In this document: piece by piece, positions 26,586-44,513 of the stretch | Layout: every line of letters starts with the position of its first letter | Position numbering within the stretch: the stretch's first letter is position 1 | Source: Octopus vulgaris | Lineage: Eukaryota | Assembly: GCA_951406725.2 (NCBI GenBank) | Contig: OX597828.1 | Span: 53,568,001 to 53,632,000 of the forward strand | Direction of reading: 5' to 3' | DNA: 64,000 bases | The notes under the pieces: generated by a model | Seen by the model: the letters and a program-made list of their open reading frames with translations, nothing else | Database searches by the model: none | Told to the model about the DNA's origin: nothing | Translations under genes and position numbers: made by a program

Positions 26586-27030
26586 TGGAATGGTAGGACA
26601 AGGGACTGATTGCTACCTGTCTCAGATACTCGGACATCCAAATATGGAAGAAATTCAAAAAAATAGTAATCATAAGAACTGCTCATATTCCACGAAAAAT
26701 ATTGTCAATGTAATCCCCAACACATTTTAATCTGTAAACATTGTCAAAGCTACTTTTAAATGTATACAATAGCAAGCGCATTTTACTGTCATCTTAGCAT
26801 CACACTATCATCTTGTCATCAAGTTACTTTTAAAAGAGATTTCTAATTTTCTTCTTATATTTTCACAAACATTTTCTGGGACAATACTCTGTGCAAAACC
26901 AAAAATATGGCATCCTAGTAATAACACCAACTTGAACTTGTAACTTCATGTCTCTTGAGAGGTCTCTGGCTGAGACTTGAAGTCAACTTGTACAAATACA
27001 TATTAAAAGCAAGCATATTATAAAGATAAT
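26586..27030 (+). mobile_element. R4/Dong-like 3' end (another family)
   Basis: GMVGQGTDCYLSQILGHPNMEEIQK/IVIIRTAHIPRKILSM* resembles the GALG...IPG.P...EIQKIVL.GTAHILRK terminus. Starts and ends in (AAT)n. Confidence 0.78.
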
Positions 27031-27039
27031 AATAATCCT

Positions 27040-27635
27040 CTGATGCAGTACCTATGTCATGATGCAGTACCATGCCCTGATGAAGTACCATGCCCTGATG
27101 AAGTACGAGGCAGTGGCATTCATGGCTTCTGATCTTAACTGCTTGGAAGTGATATAATGTACATGTTTTGTTTTAGTGTAACAGATGGCCGACGGCAAAT
27201 ATTCTGCTCCATACCACACATTTCTTTGTCAGTTGCTGGACAATAACCAGTTGAGCATGTCCCTTAGTGGCCTACAATATGTGCTTCATTGATCATGAGC
27301 AAAGGTAGTGGGGGAGCATCGTTAAAAAGGATTCTTTGGAGTTTAAATAAATCACCTCAGGTAAGATGGGTATTTCGTTCATAATCCTTAAGCAACCCTT
27401 ATTCAGGAACCTTTTGAGTGAGATGGGCTACTCGACCCGAAGACAATTCTAAGTGGGCCCCACTTGCAAAGTCATGCGGTGTTTCTCTTGATATGAGCTC
27501 ACCATGTTATGCACATATGATTGTAGTGCATGTGCCGAGAGTACCCTTATCAGACGGGTAGTCAGGATGGGTATATTGCGCTTCGTATATTTGTACCCTA
27601 GTGTCACTTTGATAGCATGCGTTGCACTGTCACTC
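27040..27635 (+). mobile_element. Family E element, diverged copy
   Basis: Reverse-complement homolog of 20201-20756; ends ...cactc-aataataat. Confidence 0.88.
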
Positions 27636-27712
27636 AATAATAATAATAATTACTGAGTAAACTACTGAATCATTTACTCACCTAATTTATACTGAGTAAT
27701 ACAATATATATA

Positions 27713-27746
<34 letters not shown>

Positions 27747-28649
27747 GATGGATGGATGGATGGATGGATGGATGGATGGATGGATGGATGGATGAGTACA
27801 CATATATACTTAACTGTATTCTCCAGTATTTTCAACTCTCGTACAAAATTTGACATCTACAAACAAACTTGGAGAAGGGGAACATGCATATTACATTATT
27901 CACCTGCTTCTAACTCAAAGATTTTTTTTTGTGCGGCCTTATTATCCATTAGCAAATAGATTCTATATTATTCATATATACTTCAAGCAAGCAGTTTTGA
28001 ATGCATATAAAAGTGGGACAGCAAAAACTGCGAACAATCGATCTCCATCGTCCACGTTCAGTTCCATTACGATTTCGTTTCACCTAGTTTTGAAGTATAA
28101 TATGTTACTTTTTAAATTAAAGGGACCTTTCTTAGATGCAATTACTGCAACTACAAACTTTTACAAAACAAAGGAACACAGAAAAATCGCACACAATAGG
28201 TGGACAGGCACTTCCATCTTCAACTATCGTCCAAAAATCATAACACCTTCGTGCATTTCACGATAAGATTGTCCATTTTTGGTCACCTCAACAGCAAAAA
28301 ACTGTTGGGAATAAAAGAGCAAACGTAGAGAACGGGGAGAAAACTAAACACACGACAAAGGATGACAGAATAAGCAAGAAAACGGAAAACGACGCAGGTA
28401 ATTGGTACGTATAAAATATTTGCGTACAAAAAAAAGAGGCCTCACAGCAATGAGGTTTCTTTCGTGCAAGACGTGTAGATTTATATGTAGGAACGTGTGT
28501 GTACTGAAACGATTGTGTTCTCAGCGCTTACCTTAAAACCACAGATATTTCTCATGCAGCCCCAGCTCCCTCCCACTCTTTCAGTATAATTACATAATAC
28601 ATACATACACACACACACGTGTTATGCATGATATATACACACCTAAGTT

Positions 28650-32160
<3,511 letters not shown>

Positions 32161-32314
32161 TCTCTAATTATGCAGATTTAAAACCATCCGAAGTATATAT
32201 AACTTGCATGATTGTATGCGCGTGCGCGTGAATGCTTGTTTACGCGCTTGCAAACCTAGAACAGTGATTATGGCGAAGCGTTCTTAATAAATCGCTCTTG
32301 ATCCCTCTAATATA

Positions 32315-32348
<34 letters not shown>

Positions 32349-32707
32349 TTCATATATATATATATACATACACAAACATATACATGCATCTATACAGACA
32401 TTTTCATAAGCAGACATTAATTGTGTGTGTGTGTGTTTGCGAGAATGTTAGTATGTACGCGTCGGTATTTTTCTTTTCTGGCAGACATGCGCATTGACAC
32501 GAGTGATCTCCTCGAACAAATGAATTACATCTTGAGTGAGTTTATTGGAGGTTTATAGTAAAGAATATTGTATTTGCTGATCTCTTCATTTACCGACAGA
32601 CAGAATCGGAAACAATATAATTAATATAATATGTAATATATACATGCATGCACATGCACGCAAACATACACACACATACACACACATATATATATATATA
32701 TACACAC

Positions 32708-33045
32708 GTGGTTGTGTGGTAAGAAGCTTGCTTCCCAACCACATGGCTCCGGGTTCAGTCTCACTGCATGGCGCTTTGGACAAGTGTCTTTTACTATAAC
32801 CTCGGGCCGACCAAAGCCTTCTGAATGGATTTGGTGGACGGAAACTGAAAGAACCCCGTCGTATATGTATATATATGTATGTGTGTTTATGTCCCCATAA
32901 CTTAGTGGTTTGGCTAAGGAGACCGATAGAATAAGTACTAGGCTCACAAATAATAAGTCATGGAGTCTTCAACTAAAACCCTTTAAGGCGGTGCCCCAGC
33001 ATGGCTGCTGTCAAAAGACTGAAACAAGTACAAGACTAAAAGAAT
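32708..33045 (+). mobile_element. SINE family A, internally deleted
   Basis: gtggttgtgtggtaagaagcttgcttccc head; ggcggtgccccagcatggc tail. Confidence 0.9.
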
Positions 33046-33061
33046 ACATACGTACATATAT

Positions 33062-33162
<101 letters not shown>

Positions 33163-33671
33163 AGACCAAAATGTACGTTCGCCGCTATATATATATATAA
33201 TCTGGTGCTTGCCTGAGGAAAGAAAACTTCGAATGAGACGTCCATGTTTTCTTTGTATCGTCAATCTGGATGTTTTTTTTTGTCCCATTTTTGTATCACC
33301 TTGCTGTCCGAATGTTTTGCGTTCTTGTCCCATTTTGCACTATGTATATATATATATATAGTGTTAATAACGAAGTTTTAGTATTAATAAGGAAGTTTGA
33401 CTTACAAAAACGGCCGAAGTTGAAAACCCTGATAAAACTGCACTGGCCATGATGTTAAGTTGTATATCCAACAATATACAATCGCTGCAGTAGAAATAGG
33501 TGTAGGTCTCGAAAGGATGCTGTAAATAATGTTTAAATAAAATTATGGATGTCAAGAGTCTCAGTACTCCTTATGTTCATTCATACTTATTACTTACTCT
33601 ACGGAACATATGCAGTCCTGAATAGGAAACTCAGAGTTACTCAGCGAAAAAAGTTACCATAGCGCAACAAC

Positions 33672-34046
33672 TATAGATGTTGCACAGATTGTAGTCGAAC
33701 CAAGAAAGGAAGGTCAGGTATGGCCGGACACAGACCATGTGGGGAGAGAAGAGAGAGGTAGAGGCAGAGAGATAGAAGCATTAAGGAGGAGCGAGGAAGA
33801 AATTAAAGGGACACAGTGCAACCCTTCCACACTCACTTTATTTCACTCTTCGTTTATTTCACTCTTCGTTCTTTCGTTTCCTCTCTCTCACATTTCCTGG
33901 CCTTCGCTTCATGCTCACTTCCCCTCTTTCACTTCATTGTGCCCCTTTAATTCTTCTATCCCTCTGCATCTACCTCTCTCTCTCTTCTCTCCCCACGTGA
34001 CTGGTGTTTGGCCAAGCCTGACCTTTCTATCCATGCAACATCTATA
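33672..34046. repeat. Imperfect inverted repeat, ~110-bp arms
   Basis: 33672-33786 (tatagatgttgca...aggtcaggtatggcc...gtggggagagaagagagaggtaga) mirrors 33944-34046. Confidence 0.7.
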
Positions 34047-35010
34047 TTTCTCTATGTGCCTGTCAAATCTTATGTCCCTGCCGTAAGGATTTACTTCCTC
34101 ACACGCCAGCAGCTTAATTTAATTCGTCCTTAGTCGAAAGTCACCTGTTGTTATGTCCTGTTATTTGCATTTGTATTTGTGTAACATAAGTACTAAGCTT
34201 TCAAAGAATAAGTCCTGGGGTCGATTTCTTCGACTAAAAAAATATCGTTTAAGGCGATGCTCCAGTATGGCCGCAGTCAAACGACTGAAACAAGTAAAAG
34301 AATATATGTGCGTAGATATGGATATGCATACATAATCTTATGCATATACTGATCGCCAGATTGTGGGTTCGATTAGCGAACCGGACGGCGCGTTCTATTC
34401 TTGAGCAAAACATTCCATGTTGCTCTACGAGTGGGAGGGTGGTAGAATCATTGACGCGTCGATGGAGGTGTTTTACGGTATATCTTCCGGTTCTTTACAT
34501 TCTGAGTTCAAATCCCACCTGCTTAGAGAAGATAACGGGAAACTCACTCCAGTATTAATCATATGTCTTGTCATGGTAGCTGAAGTTCTTGTAATTTAAT
34601 TAACGGCGGCACAAGAGAGTAAGGCCCTCCCAGGTCGTTTAGAGTGTGCTGGAGAAGGCTTACGTGCACAAGACCTGCCCAGGGGCAGACCACCGACCGA
34701 CTAGACTAATATGTATAAGGCTGTGCCCCAGTGTATTTATTCTTTCAAAATTGATTAATTTAGATCTATTTTGTTTTTCATTCTTTTACTTTTTCTGCCA
34801 TAGGAATGTGGTCATGCTGGAGCAGATCCATCAAGAATTTGAATAATAGTTGTGAGCGTATTATATAAATATTTCTAAATTAGGGACAAGGCCTGAAATT
34901 TAGTAGGGAGAAGACAGTCGATTACATCGACACCAGTATATAACTGCTGCCTTACGTATCCACCCCGGATAGATGAAAAGTAAAGTTAACGTTTTACTTT
35001 TTCAATTTAA

Positions 35011-35418
35011 AGGCGCAGGAGTGGCTGTGTGGTAAGTAGCTTGCTTACCAACTACATGGTTCCTGGCTCAGTCCCACTGCGTGGCACCTTGTGCAAGTGT
35101 CTTCTACTATTGCCTCGGCCAACCAAAGCCTTTGGTAGACGGAAACTGAAAGAAGCCCGTCGTATATATATGTATGTATATATGTGAGTGTGTGTGTGTT
35201 TGTATGTTTGTGTTTGCCCCCCCAACATTGCTTGACAACCGATGCTGGTGTGTTTACATCCCTGTAACTTAGCGGTTCGGCAAAAGTGACCGATAGAATA
35301 AGTACTAGGCTTACAAAGTATAAGTCCTGGGGTAGATTTGCTCGACCAAAGGTGGTGCTCTAGCATGGCCACAGTCAAATGGCTGAAACAAATAAAAGAG
35401 TAAAGAGAAAAAGAGAGT
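35011..35418 (+). mobile_element. SINE family A, near full length
   Basis: Complete head and tail. Confidence 0.95.
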
Positions 35419-35579
35419 CAGCGGGGTTCGAACTCAGTGCACAAATAGCCAAGGGTAATGGCGGAAAACCATTTTTACTTCTCTCTAAGGATTGTGATAA
35501 TACACCACCTTGCGTAGCATCAATAATAATGATTTCCGACCTAAACACAAGGTTGCACGTTTGGAGAAGAGTTAAAATC

Positions 35580-35812
35580 CCTATTTCTTTACTACCCACA
35601 AGGGGCTAAACAGAGAGAGGACAAACAAGGACAGACAAACGGATTAAGTCGATTGTATCGATCCCAGTGCGTAACTGGTACTTATTTAATCGACCCCAAA
35701 AGGATGAAAGGTAAAGTCGACCTCGGCGGAATTTGAACTCAGAACGTAGCGGCAGACGAAATACCGCTAAGCATTTCACCTGGCGTGCTAACGATTCTGC
35801 CAGCTCGCCGCC
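35580..35812 (-). mobile_element. SINE family B, full monomer
   Basis: Reverse complement of ggcggcgagctggcagaatcgttagcacg...gtgggtagtaaagaaatagg. Confidence 0.93.
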
Positions 35813-36343
35813 CTAAAGAGTTAAAATACCTGGGATTAAATCACCCACTCACCTCGCCTCGTGCTTAAATGTTACTTTATCGAACCCTGGAAGAGTGAGC
35901 GCAGTCAGCTTTAAAGGGGACGTAACGTTAATTCGACCCATAAATTCTTCCAACACAATCCACCATCACCTAACAATCAACCAAGTTCATTTCTCTTAGA
36001 TGAAATAATAAAAAAAAGCAAGAATTACACATTAAATAAGAATACCCAAACTAATAATGTCTTCGTTGAAGTGTGGAATGGTTTAGGATTTTCCGTGTAA
36101 TTGGAAAGGATTTCTAATGATTTCGATTCCATTTTGTGATGAAACCAAAAAAGAATATGTATAATAGCAATAAAAAAATATAAAAATGAAAGTAAGAAGA
36201 AGAGAAAAGAAGCTGTGTTGGTTGTTTCTGCGATCAGTTGTGGGTTGTAACATTGGTGGAACTGAAGGCAATCAGTGTTAAAGCAAATGTTTGGTAAAAG
36301 TGTTCAGATATCAAAAGAAAGGCCCCAAAACAACAACAACAGC

Positions 36344-36381
<38 letters not shown>

Positions 36382-36497
36382 ACATCAGAAAATACAACAT
36401 AAATGGAACTGCAGTGTGCGTGTATGTGTGTAGGGATGTGTGAGTGTGTCAGTGTGTGTTCACATGTGTGTCGTATGTACGTGAATGTGTGTCTTTG

Positions 36498-36536
<39 letters not shown>

Positions 36537-36699
36537 GTGTGTGTGTGATTTATCTTACATCCTCATAAAGTTAGCGAGCTATTTTAAACCGAAAAAAGAA
36601 AAAAACATAAGTATTTATGTATGCATGTATGTACGTATATATATATACGTGTGTATATGCTTGTATATAAATATATGTGTGTGTATGCGTGTACGTATG

Positions 36700-36741
<42 letters not shown>

Positions 36742-36775
36742 GTAAATGTCTAATACACACACACACACACACATA

Positions 36776-36809
<34 letters not shown>

Positions 36810-36856
36810 GCATACATATATGCATGCATACATACATATAAACAACGCATATATGC

Positions 36857-36913
<57 letters not shown>

Positions 36914-37192
36914 CACGCATGCCTAAAAAAAACTACAGAAATAAACAAACTGCGAACAAATCTCCGAACGATTGAGAACGAGGCTCGAAATGTGAAGCCG
37001 AATAAAAGAGGTGTGAGGCGCGATTGCTAAGTAGCGAGAAGCCACATTATGAAACAATCAATTTAGAGGAAACCAACTCCAAAAAATGTACATAGTCATA
37101 AAACTGAACATCTTACAACTGGCTTGGTCATAATAACTATCAGGAATCAAACTTCAAACGATGTAGGAGAATTAAAGCATTGGACTATATAT

Positions 37193-37242
<50 letters not shown>

Positions 37243-37267
37243 CCACACATATACATATATATATATG

Positions 37268-37321
<54 letters not shown>

Positions 37322-37453
37322 CTCTCTCACACACACACACAATCACACAGATGTATATATGAACAATTTGAAAAAAAATCAGCCTTTCTACCCTTCAAAA
37401 AGACCGTGAAAATAGCACCGCAATTTTTGTGACAGACATAAAAACGACATTTT

Positions 37454-37508
<55 letters not shown>

Positions 37509-37824
37509 CATATAAACATATGCATACATATTCACATATACTTACATATATTGATACATGTAACCATACATACATACATACATAAATACATACATACATA
37601 CATACATGCAAGCATGCATACATACATACATATATACATACGCACACACACGCAAATACAGATGTATATATTGAAAAAAAGTTCGGGTTTGTGTACACGT
37701 GTACGGTAGAATAAGTACGCGTTGTATACGTTCTTGTATATTACGGATGCAGAAGCATATTTTACATCTTCCATTATATGTACTATGGATATTCGTTCGT
37801 GACCGCCTGCATACGTCTACATAT

Positions 37825-37926
<102 letters not shown>

Positions 37927-38048
37927 CAGAGTAAGCACATAAAGGCGAAACAAGGTGGACGAACGGCAACGTTAAACTCTGAGTAACAGTTTTTGTGATA
38001 TTTTTGCGGCTTTTAATAAAGTATATATATATATATTCTAAATTAAGT

Positions 38049-38108
<60 letters not shown>

Positions 38109-38111
<3 letters not shown>

Positions 38112-38239
38112 GGTGTCCCAAAAAAATGTATACACATAGTGGTTCGGCAAAAGAGAACGATAGAATAAGTACTAGGCTTACAAACAATAACAAATTTACA
38201 ATTATTTAAGGTGTGTATACATTTTTTGGGGACACCCTG
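38109..38239. mobile_element. Tc1/mariner-type MITE
   Basis: ~28-bp TIRs cagggtgtcccaaaaaaatgtatacaca / tgtgtatacattttttggggacaccctg with TA flanks. Confidence 0.88.
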
Positions 38240-38240
38240 T

Positions 38241-38271
<31 letters not shown>

Positions 38272-38338
38272 CGTATATATGGTATGTGTGTATATATATA
38301 TCTATGTGTGTGTGTGTGAGTATGAATGTATGTATGTA

Positions 38339-38408
<70 letters not shown>

Positions 38409-38694
38409 CAGATATACATTTACACATGTGTGTCTTTACAGTTCTTTTCATGAATTTGGATTTCAGTGTTGTGTGACTTCATATAACAACCAAAACAAAA
38501 CAGCTGGTTGGGGCCTGTACGACTTGAAAAAACGTTCTCTAGCTTTCCATTTCTACGTTAATAGAATCAGATTACTGTTACTCACATTACTACATCACTG
38601 TTAGATTACTTTGTAAATCACCGTATAACGTTTATACGTCTTTCTTCTTCCATTCTTCCCTTGTTTTTTGGTGGGATCATATACATTTTTGCAT

Positions 38695-39715
38695 TCTTTT
38701 CTACTCTAGGCACAAGGCCCGAAATTTCGGTGGAGAGGGCCAGTCGATTACATCGACCCCAGTACGCAAATGGTACTTAATTTCATCGACTCTGAAAGAT
38801 GAATGGCAAAGTGGACCTCGGCGGAATTTGAACTCAGAACGTAGCGGCAGACGAAATACCTATTTATAGAGAGGACAAACAATGACAGACAAACGGATTA
38901 AGTCGATTATATCGACCCCAGTGCGTAGCTGGTACTTAATTTTATCGACCCCGAAAGGATGAAAGGCAAAGTGGACCTCGGCGGAATTTGAACTCAGAAC
39001 GAACGTAACGGCAGACGAAAAATGGCTACGCATTTCACCCGGCGTGCTAACGTTTCTGCCAGCTCACCGCCTCCGCATATTTTTGTATTGTTTCGTTCGC
39101 AAATTTACCACAAAACTACACCTTGTCTTCTGAATAATAATAAAAATTATGATACATTCAAATTTTGACATAAGGCCAACGATTCTAGGAGGAGAGGATA
39201 AGTGAATTACCTCGACCCCAGCGTACAACTGGTACTTTTTTTTCTCAGCCCCGAGTGCTTGAAAGACGGTTGACCCCGACAGTATTTCAACCCAGAACGT
39301 AAGACCGGAAGAAATGCTGTTAAGAATTTTGTCCGAAGTACTAAGAAATCTACTAGCTTACCAAAATAATAATAATAATAATCTTTTCAACTAAAGGCAC
39401 AAGGCGTGAAATTTATGAGGAGGGGGTCTAGTCGATTACACCAACCACAGTGTTCCTCTCGTACTTAATTTATCGACCCCGGCGGAATTTGAACTCAGAA
39501 CGTAACAACAGGCTAAATACCTATTTCTTTACTATTTTGGGGGAGGGAACCAGCCGATTAGGTCGACTCCAGTACGCAACTGGTACGTTATTTATCGAAC
39601 CCGAAAGGATGAAAGGCAAAGTCGACCCCGGCGGAATTTGAACTCAGAACATAATAACGGGTAAAATACAACTAAGCATTTTAACCGGCGTGCTAACGAT
39701 TCTATCTCCTCACCA
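38695..39715 (-). mobile_element. Cluster of ~5 co-oriented SINE B units
   Basis: Repeated cggcggaatttgaactcagaac and tcgaccccagt...ggtactt blocks. Confidence 0.9.
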
Positions 39716-39747
39716 ACTTTGCCAGTTCAATCTTAGACAAACGTGTA

Positions 39748-40333
<586 letters not shown>

Positions 40334-40873
40334 GTTTCCCCCCTCTCCCTCTCTGTCTCTCTCTCTCATAATAATTTCATCAAAGAAGAACTACAACAAC
40401 AATCTAAACAACATTAATAAAGTTATTGCTATAATTATTTCCATGGTTATTGTTGATAATATTGTTATTATTGCCATGGCTTTTGTTAGTGAGGTTCTTG
40501 CCGCTGTGGCTACAATCGTCATCGTTGACCCTCGACGTCATGTAACGACCTGTACAGACACCATCTGTATCCTGCCCAACGACCGATACACCATACGCCA
40601 TCTGGTGGTGGGCGACAACCGGCGTCGCTGTTTGTTGAGATGGCTTGTGGGGGAAGTTTGGTGGGAATGGAGGTAGGAAGAGTAAGCGGTGATGGTGGTG
40701 GTGGGAATGTTGTGATTGCATATCGTGATAGTGACGGTGTGGTGTTGGCGAGGTTGGCTGCCATATTGTATGGTGGTGGTGGTGGTGGTGTGGTGGTGGT
40801 GGTGGATATTGCAGTTCCAGCATTATCATCATCAGCAGCAACAGCAGCAATAGCAACACTAGCAGCAGCAGTC

Positions 40874-40907
<34 letters not shown>

Positions 40908-41037
40908 TAGTAGTAGTAGCAGCAGCAGCAGTAGTAGTAGTAGTATTAGTAGTAGTAGTAGTAGTAGTAGTAGAGGTGTTGTTGTTGTTGGTGGTGGTGG
41001 TGATGGTGGTGGTGGTGGTGATGGTTGTGGTAGTAGC

Positions 41038-41071
<34 letters not shown>

Positions 41072-41120
41072 TACTGTTGTTGGGATGATATTGTAGTTTG
41101 GTCGAGGATGGTGCAAGTAA

Positions 41121-41518
41121 AGGCGGCGAGCTGGCGGAAACGTTATCACGCCGGGCAGAATCCTTACCGGTATTTCGTCTGCTGCTACGTTCTGAGTTCA
41201 AATTCCGCCGAGGTCAACTTTGCCTTTCATCCTTTCGGGGTAGATTAAATGAGCACCAGTTACGCACTGGGGTCGATGTAATCGACTTAATCCGTGTGTC
41301 TGTCCTTGTTTGTCCTCTCTGTGTTTAGCCCCTTGTGGGTAGTAAAGAAATAGGTATTTCGTCTGTCGTTACGTTCTGAGTTCAAATTTCGCCGAGGTTG
41401 ACTTTGCCTTTCATCCTTTCGGAGTCGAAAAATTAAGTACCAGTTGCGTACTGAGGTCGATCTAATCGATTGGCCCCCTCCCCCCAAATTTCGGGCTTTG
41501 TGCCTAGAGTAGAAAAGA
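41121..41518 (+). mobile_element. SINE B head-to-tail dimer
   Basis: Full monomer 41121-41354 fused at agaaataggtatttcgtctg to a second unit with an alternative tail (gtgcctagagtagaaaag). Confidence 0.92.
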
Positions 41519-41691
41519 GGATACTACAAATATATGACAGTACTTGGGGTGATTGAATGGGTAGTTGAATTAATTAGTGGAATGGCTTCTTTACTGCAGT
41601 AACAAATTGTTTCGTTCTTACGTCCAGACATCTGTGTGTCCGCGCTCGTGTTTCTCTGCGTGTGAATGACGTGGTCTGTGTTTTTACCAAC

Positions 41692-41774
<83 letters not shown>

Positions 41775-41776
41775 TC

Positions 41777-41997
41777 TTTGAGGGTATCATGAAAATTCCC
41801 AGCTTAAGGATATCCCGAAAGGCCTAGTTGGAGGCTCAACCTTCTGAGTTCTTTTACAGGGCTTAGAAAAACTGAAAGACCGCTGTAATATATGTGTGTG
41901 AATCTGAGAGGGGAATATGTTAAATAAAATCATAATTAACTGATCCTCCTGTATTTTATTTTACTCAAATTCAGGAAAATTTCAGAACCCTTTCGTA
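41777..41997 (+). mobile_element. Mariner-derived MITE
   Basis: Degenerate TIRs tgagggtatcatgaaaattcc / ggaaaatttcagaaccctttcg-ta. Internal GLEKLKDRCNICV..LRGEYVK* resembles the mariner transposase C-terminus. Confidence 0.75.
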
Positions 41998-42009
41998 GAT
42001 AGATAGCTT

Positions 42010-42043
<34 letters not shown>

Positions 42044-42045
42044 AA

Positions 42046-42200
42046 AGGAGAATTCACAAAAAAAAACAAAAGACAAAGACAGGTTGTGTAGACAACAAAA
42101 AGATGTATTAGTATAACGCTCGGGGAGTGAAAAAATCTTTAACGTTTCGAGCCTACGCTCTTCCAAAAAAAGGAACACAGAAAGAAACAAGGAGAGAAAA
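42046..42200 (-). mobile_element. Short PLE pLTR-like repeat with HHR-like motif
   Basis: Reverse-complement homolog of 47968-48126; contains gagc(gtag)gctc-GAAA-cg-tt. Confidence 0.65.
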
Positions 42201-42874
42201 TAAATAAATATAGAGTGGCTAACGATAGATAGAGAGAGATAGATAGAGAGAGAGAGATAGATAGATAGAGAGTGAGAGAGAGAGAGAGAGAGGGAGAGAG
42301 AGAGTCAGAGAAGTAGAGAGAGAAGACAGACTGACAGACAGAAACAGTGAAGTGCGTGCATGCTTGTGTGTGTTTGTGGTGCGAACGATATACATACAGT
42401 GCATAATGCGATCGCAATTAACGGCTGTAGTTTATTAATTGCCAATTTATGTAAATAGCTACGACCTTTATACTGTATTTGATCAAGCGCTTGTAAGAAA
42501 TGGCCGTATGTTCGCATTTTGGCGTTTCCACAAAATCAAATGAAGTAGAAACGAATGAGAAAATAAATTTCATGAAAACGCATTAAAAGCAAACACATTG
42601 AAAAAAGGACCATAAATGGAGCCCCACCCATTTTTTGTATAAAAGGACCAACACTTGCTCCTAATAAACAACAATGATGAGATTGCACCTTTGTTCCAAT
42701 TACTAGGTTTAATAATGTACACACCAAACCGCAAATATAATTTTCAACGAAAAATAAATATATATATATGAAATTAATATAGTAAATAATAGAAATGATC
42801 ATATTTAGATAAAAATAAACAAATGATCAGCAAAAAAGCTATGCCACATTCAAATAATATATATATGATATATA

Positions 42875-43123
42875 ACCGACCAGGCTATCAGAGTTGCTAC
42901 ACATCGCTGGTCACAATGCGCTTCGCATTGTTTTAAGCGAGCAGGCCAACAGAAGAAAGAGTGAGAAAAAGTTGTGGTGAAAGAGTACAGCAGGGATCGC
43001 CACCACCCACTGCCGGAGCCGCGAGGAGCTTTAGGTGTTTTCGCTCAAATAAACACTCACAACGCCCGGTCTGGGAATCGAAACCGCGAGTCCGCTGCCC
43101 TAACCACTGGGTCATTGCGCCTC
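42875..43123 (-). mobile_element. tRNA-derived SINE, family D (resembles the octopus tRNA-Arg-derived OR families, from memory)
   Basis: Minus strand: gaggcgcaatgacccagtggttagggcagcggactcgcggtttcgattcccagaccgggc with A and B boxes. Confidence 0.8.
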
Positions 43124-43704
43124 TACATGATATATATATATATATATATATAGGTAAACAGTAAAAATAATTACAGACATGGACAAGAACATGAAACGCC
43201 ACAGAGACGACACAAGAACCACAGGACGGGACATTCGAAGCCCTCAGTCATCAGTCAAGAACCAGATCATCTTAGCAATTTCGGCTGATTAATCTATATA
43301 TATATATATATTTCCCCACATGCACATACGTACTCTCTTACACACACGCGCACATATATACATATGTATATAAACAAAATCTTAACGCACATACACAAGG
43401 TATGTGTGTTGTTAGTTCGTGGACGGCTGCGGTTTTGACGCGTAAGAGAATATGTCTATGTACTTGGTGTAAAAAGCACTTGAATGTACAAGTCATATCC
43501 AAGAGAGACAACCCACATCAGTCTCCTCAGAGCGACAGACATCGATGTTTCGTCATTGTTGTAACATCAATTCCGCATACCGAACAAGGTCCGGTAAATC
43601 TATCAGTAACACTGACGTTGGTTGTAATATTCAACGATGTTTACTATTAATGCAAAATTAGGATTAATACTGGTTTACATGAGATTTAACATTAGGAGTA
43701 TTTA

Positions 43705-44395
43705 AGGCGGCGAGCTGGCAGAAACGTTAGCACGCCGGGCAAAATGCTTAGCGGTATTTCGTCTGATGTTACATTCTGAGTTCAAATTCCGCCGATGTCG
43801 ACTTTGCCTTTCATCCTTGGGCATCGATAAAATAATTACCAGTTAATCACTGGGGTCGATGTAATCAAACTCATCCCGACCTCCCCCAAACGGCCCGTGT
43901 GGCAAAAGTTTAAAATAATTATTAATAATAGCTACAGAGTTAGTACTACTTTTAGAATTAGTATTATTTATATTATCAGTACTGATTTCGAATTTTGACA
44001 CAAGGCCAGTAATTTCAGGAGCTGGTACTCATTTTATCAATACTGACAGGATGAAAAGCAGAGTAGACCACGGTGGAGTTTAAACACAGAACGTAAATAT
44101 GAAATGCTGCTAAATAATTTGCCCAGTGTGCTAACGATTCTGCCCGCCCGCCGCTTTGCACCTTATTATGAATACAAGAAAAGGCGGTAAATCGTAACAC
44201 GTCGGGGAAAAAACGCCTAGCGGCATTTTGTCCGTCTTTACGTTCTGAGATCAGATTCTACCGAGGTCGACTTTGCCTTTCATCCGTCCGAGGTCCATAA
44301 AAATTAAGTACCAGTTTAACCTTGGGGAGGGGGGGGGTCGATGTAATTGACTATTATCCCTCATCCGAAATTACTGGCTTGTGCCGAAATTTTAA
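43705..44395. mobile_element. Three SINE B copies (+ 43705-43915, - 43985-44153, + 44182-44395)
   Basis: Family B head and central domain in alternating orientations. Confidence 0.88.
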
Positions 44396-44456
44396 AACAA
44401 CATTAGAATGAGATTTGTGCTAGAATTAATAGAAATATAAACAAAAGCAGTATAAC

Positions 44457-44513
<57 letters not shown>

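Noticed and set aside
27040-27106. CRISPR-like or HHR reading of the ctgatga repeats
   Set aside because: No spacers, no cas genes, eukaryotic context, and no downstream GAAA/stem arrangement.
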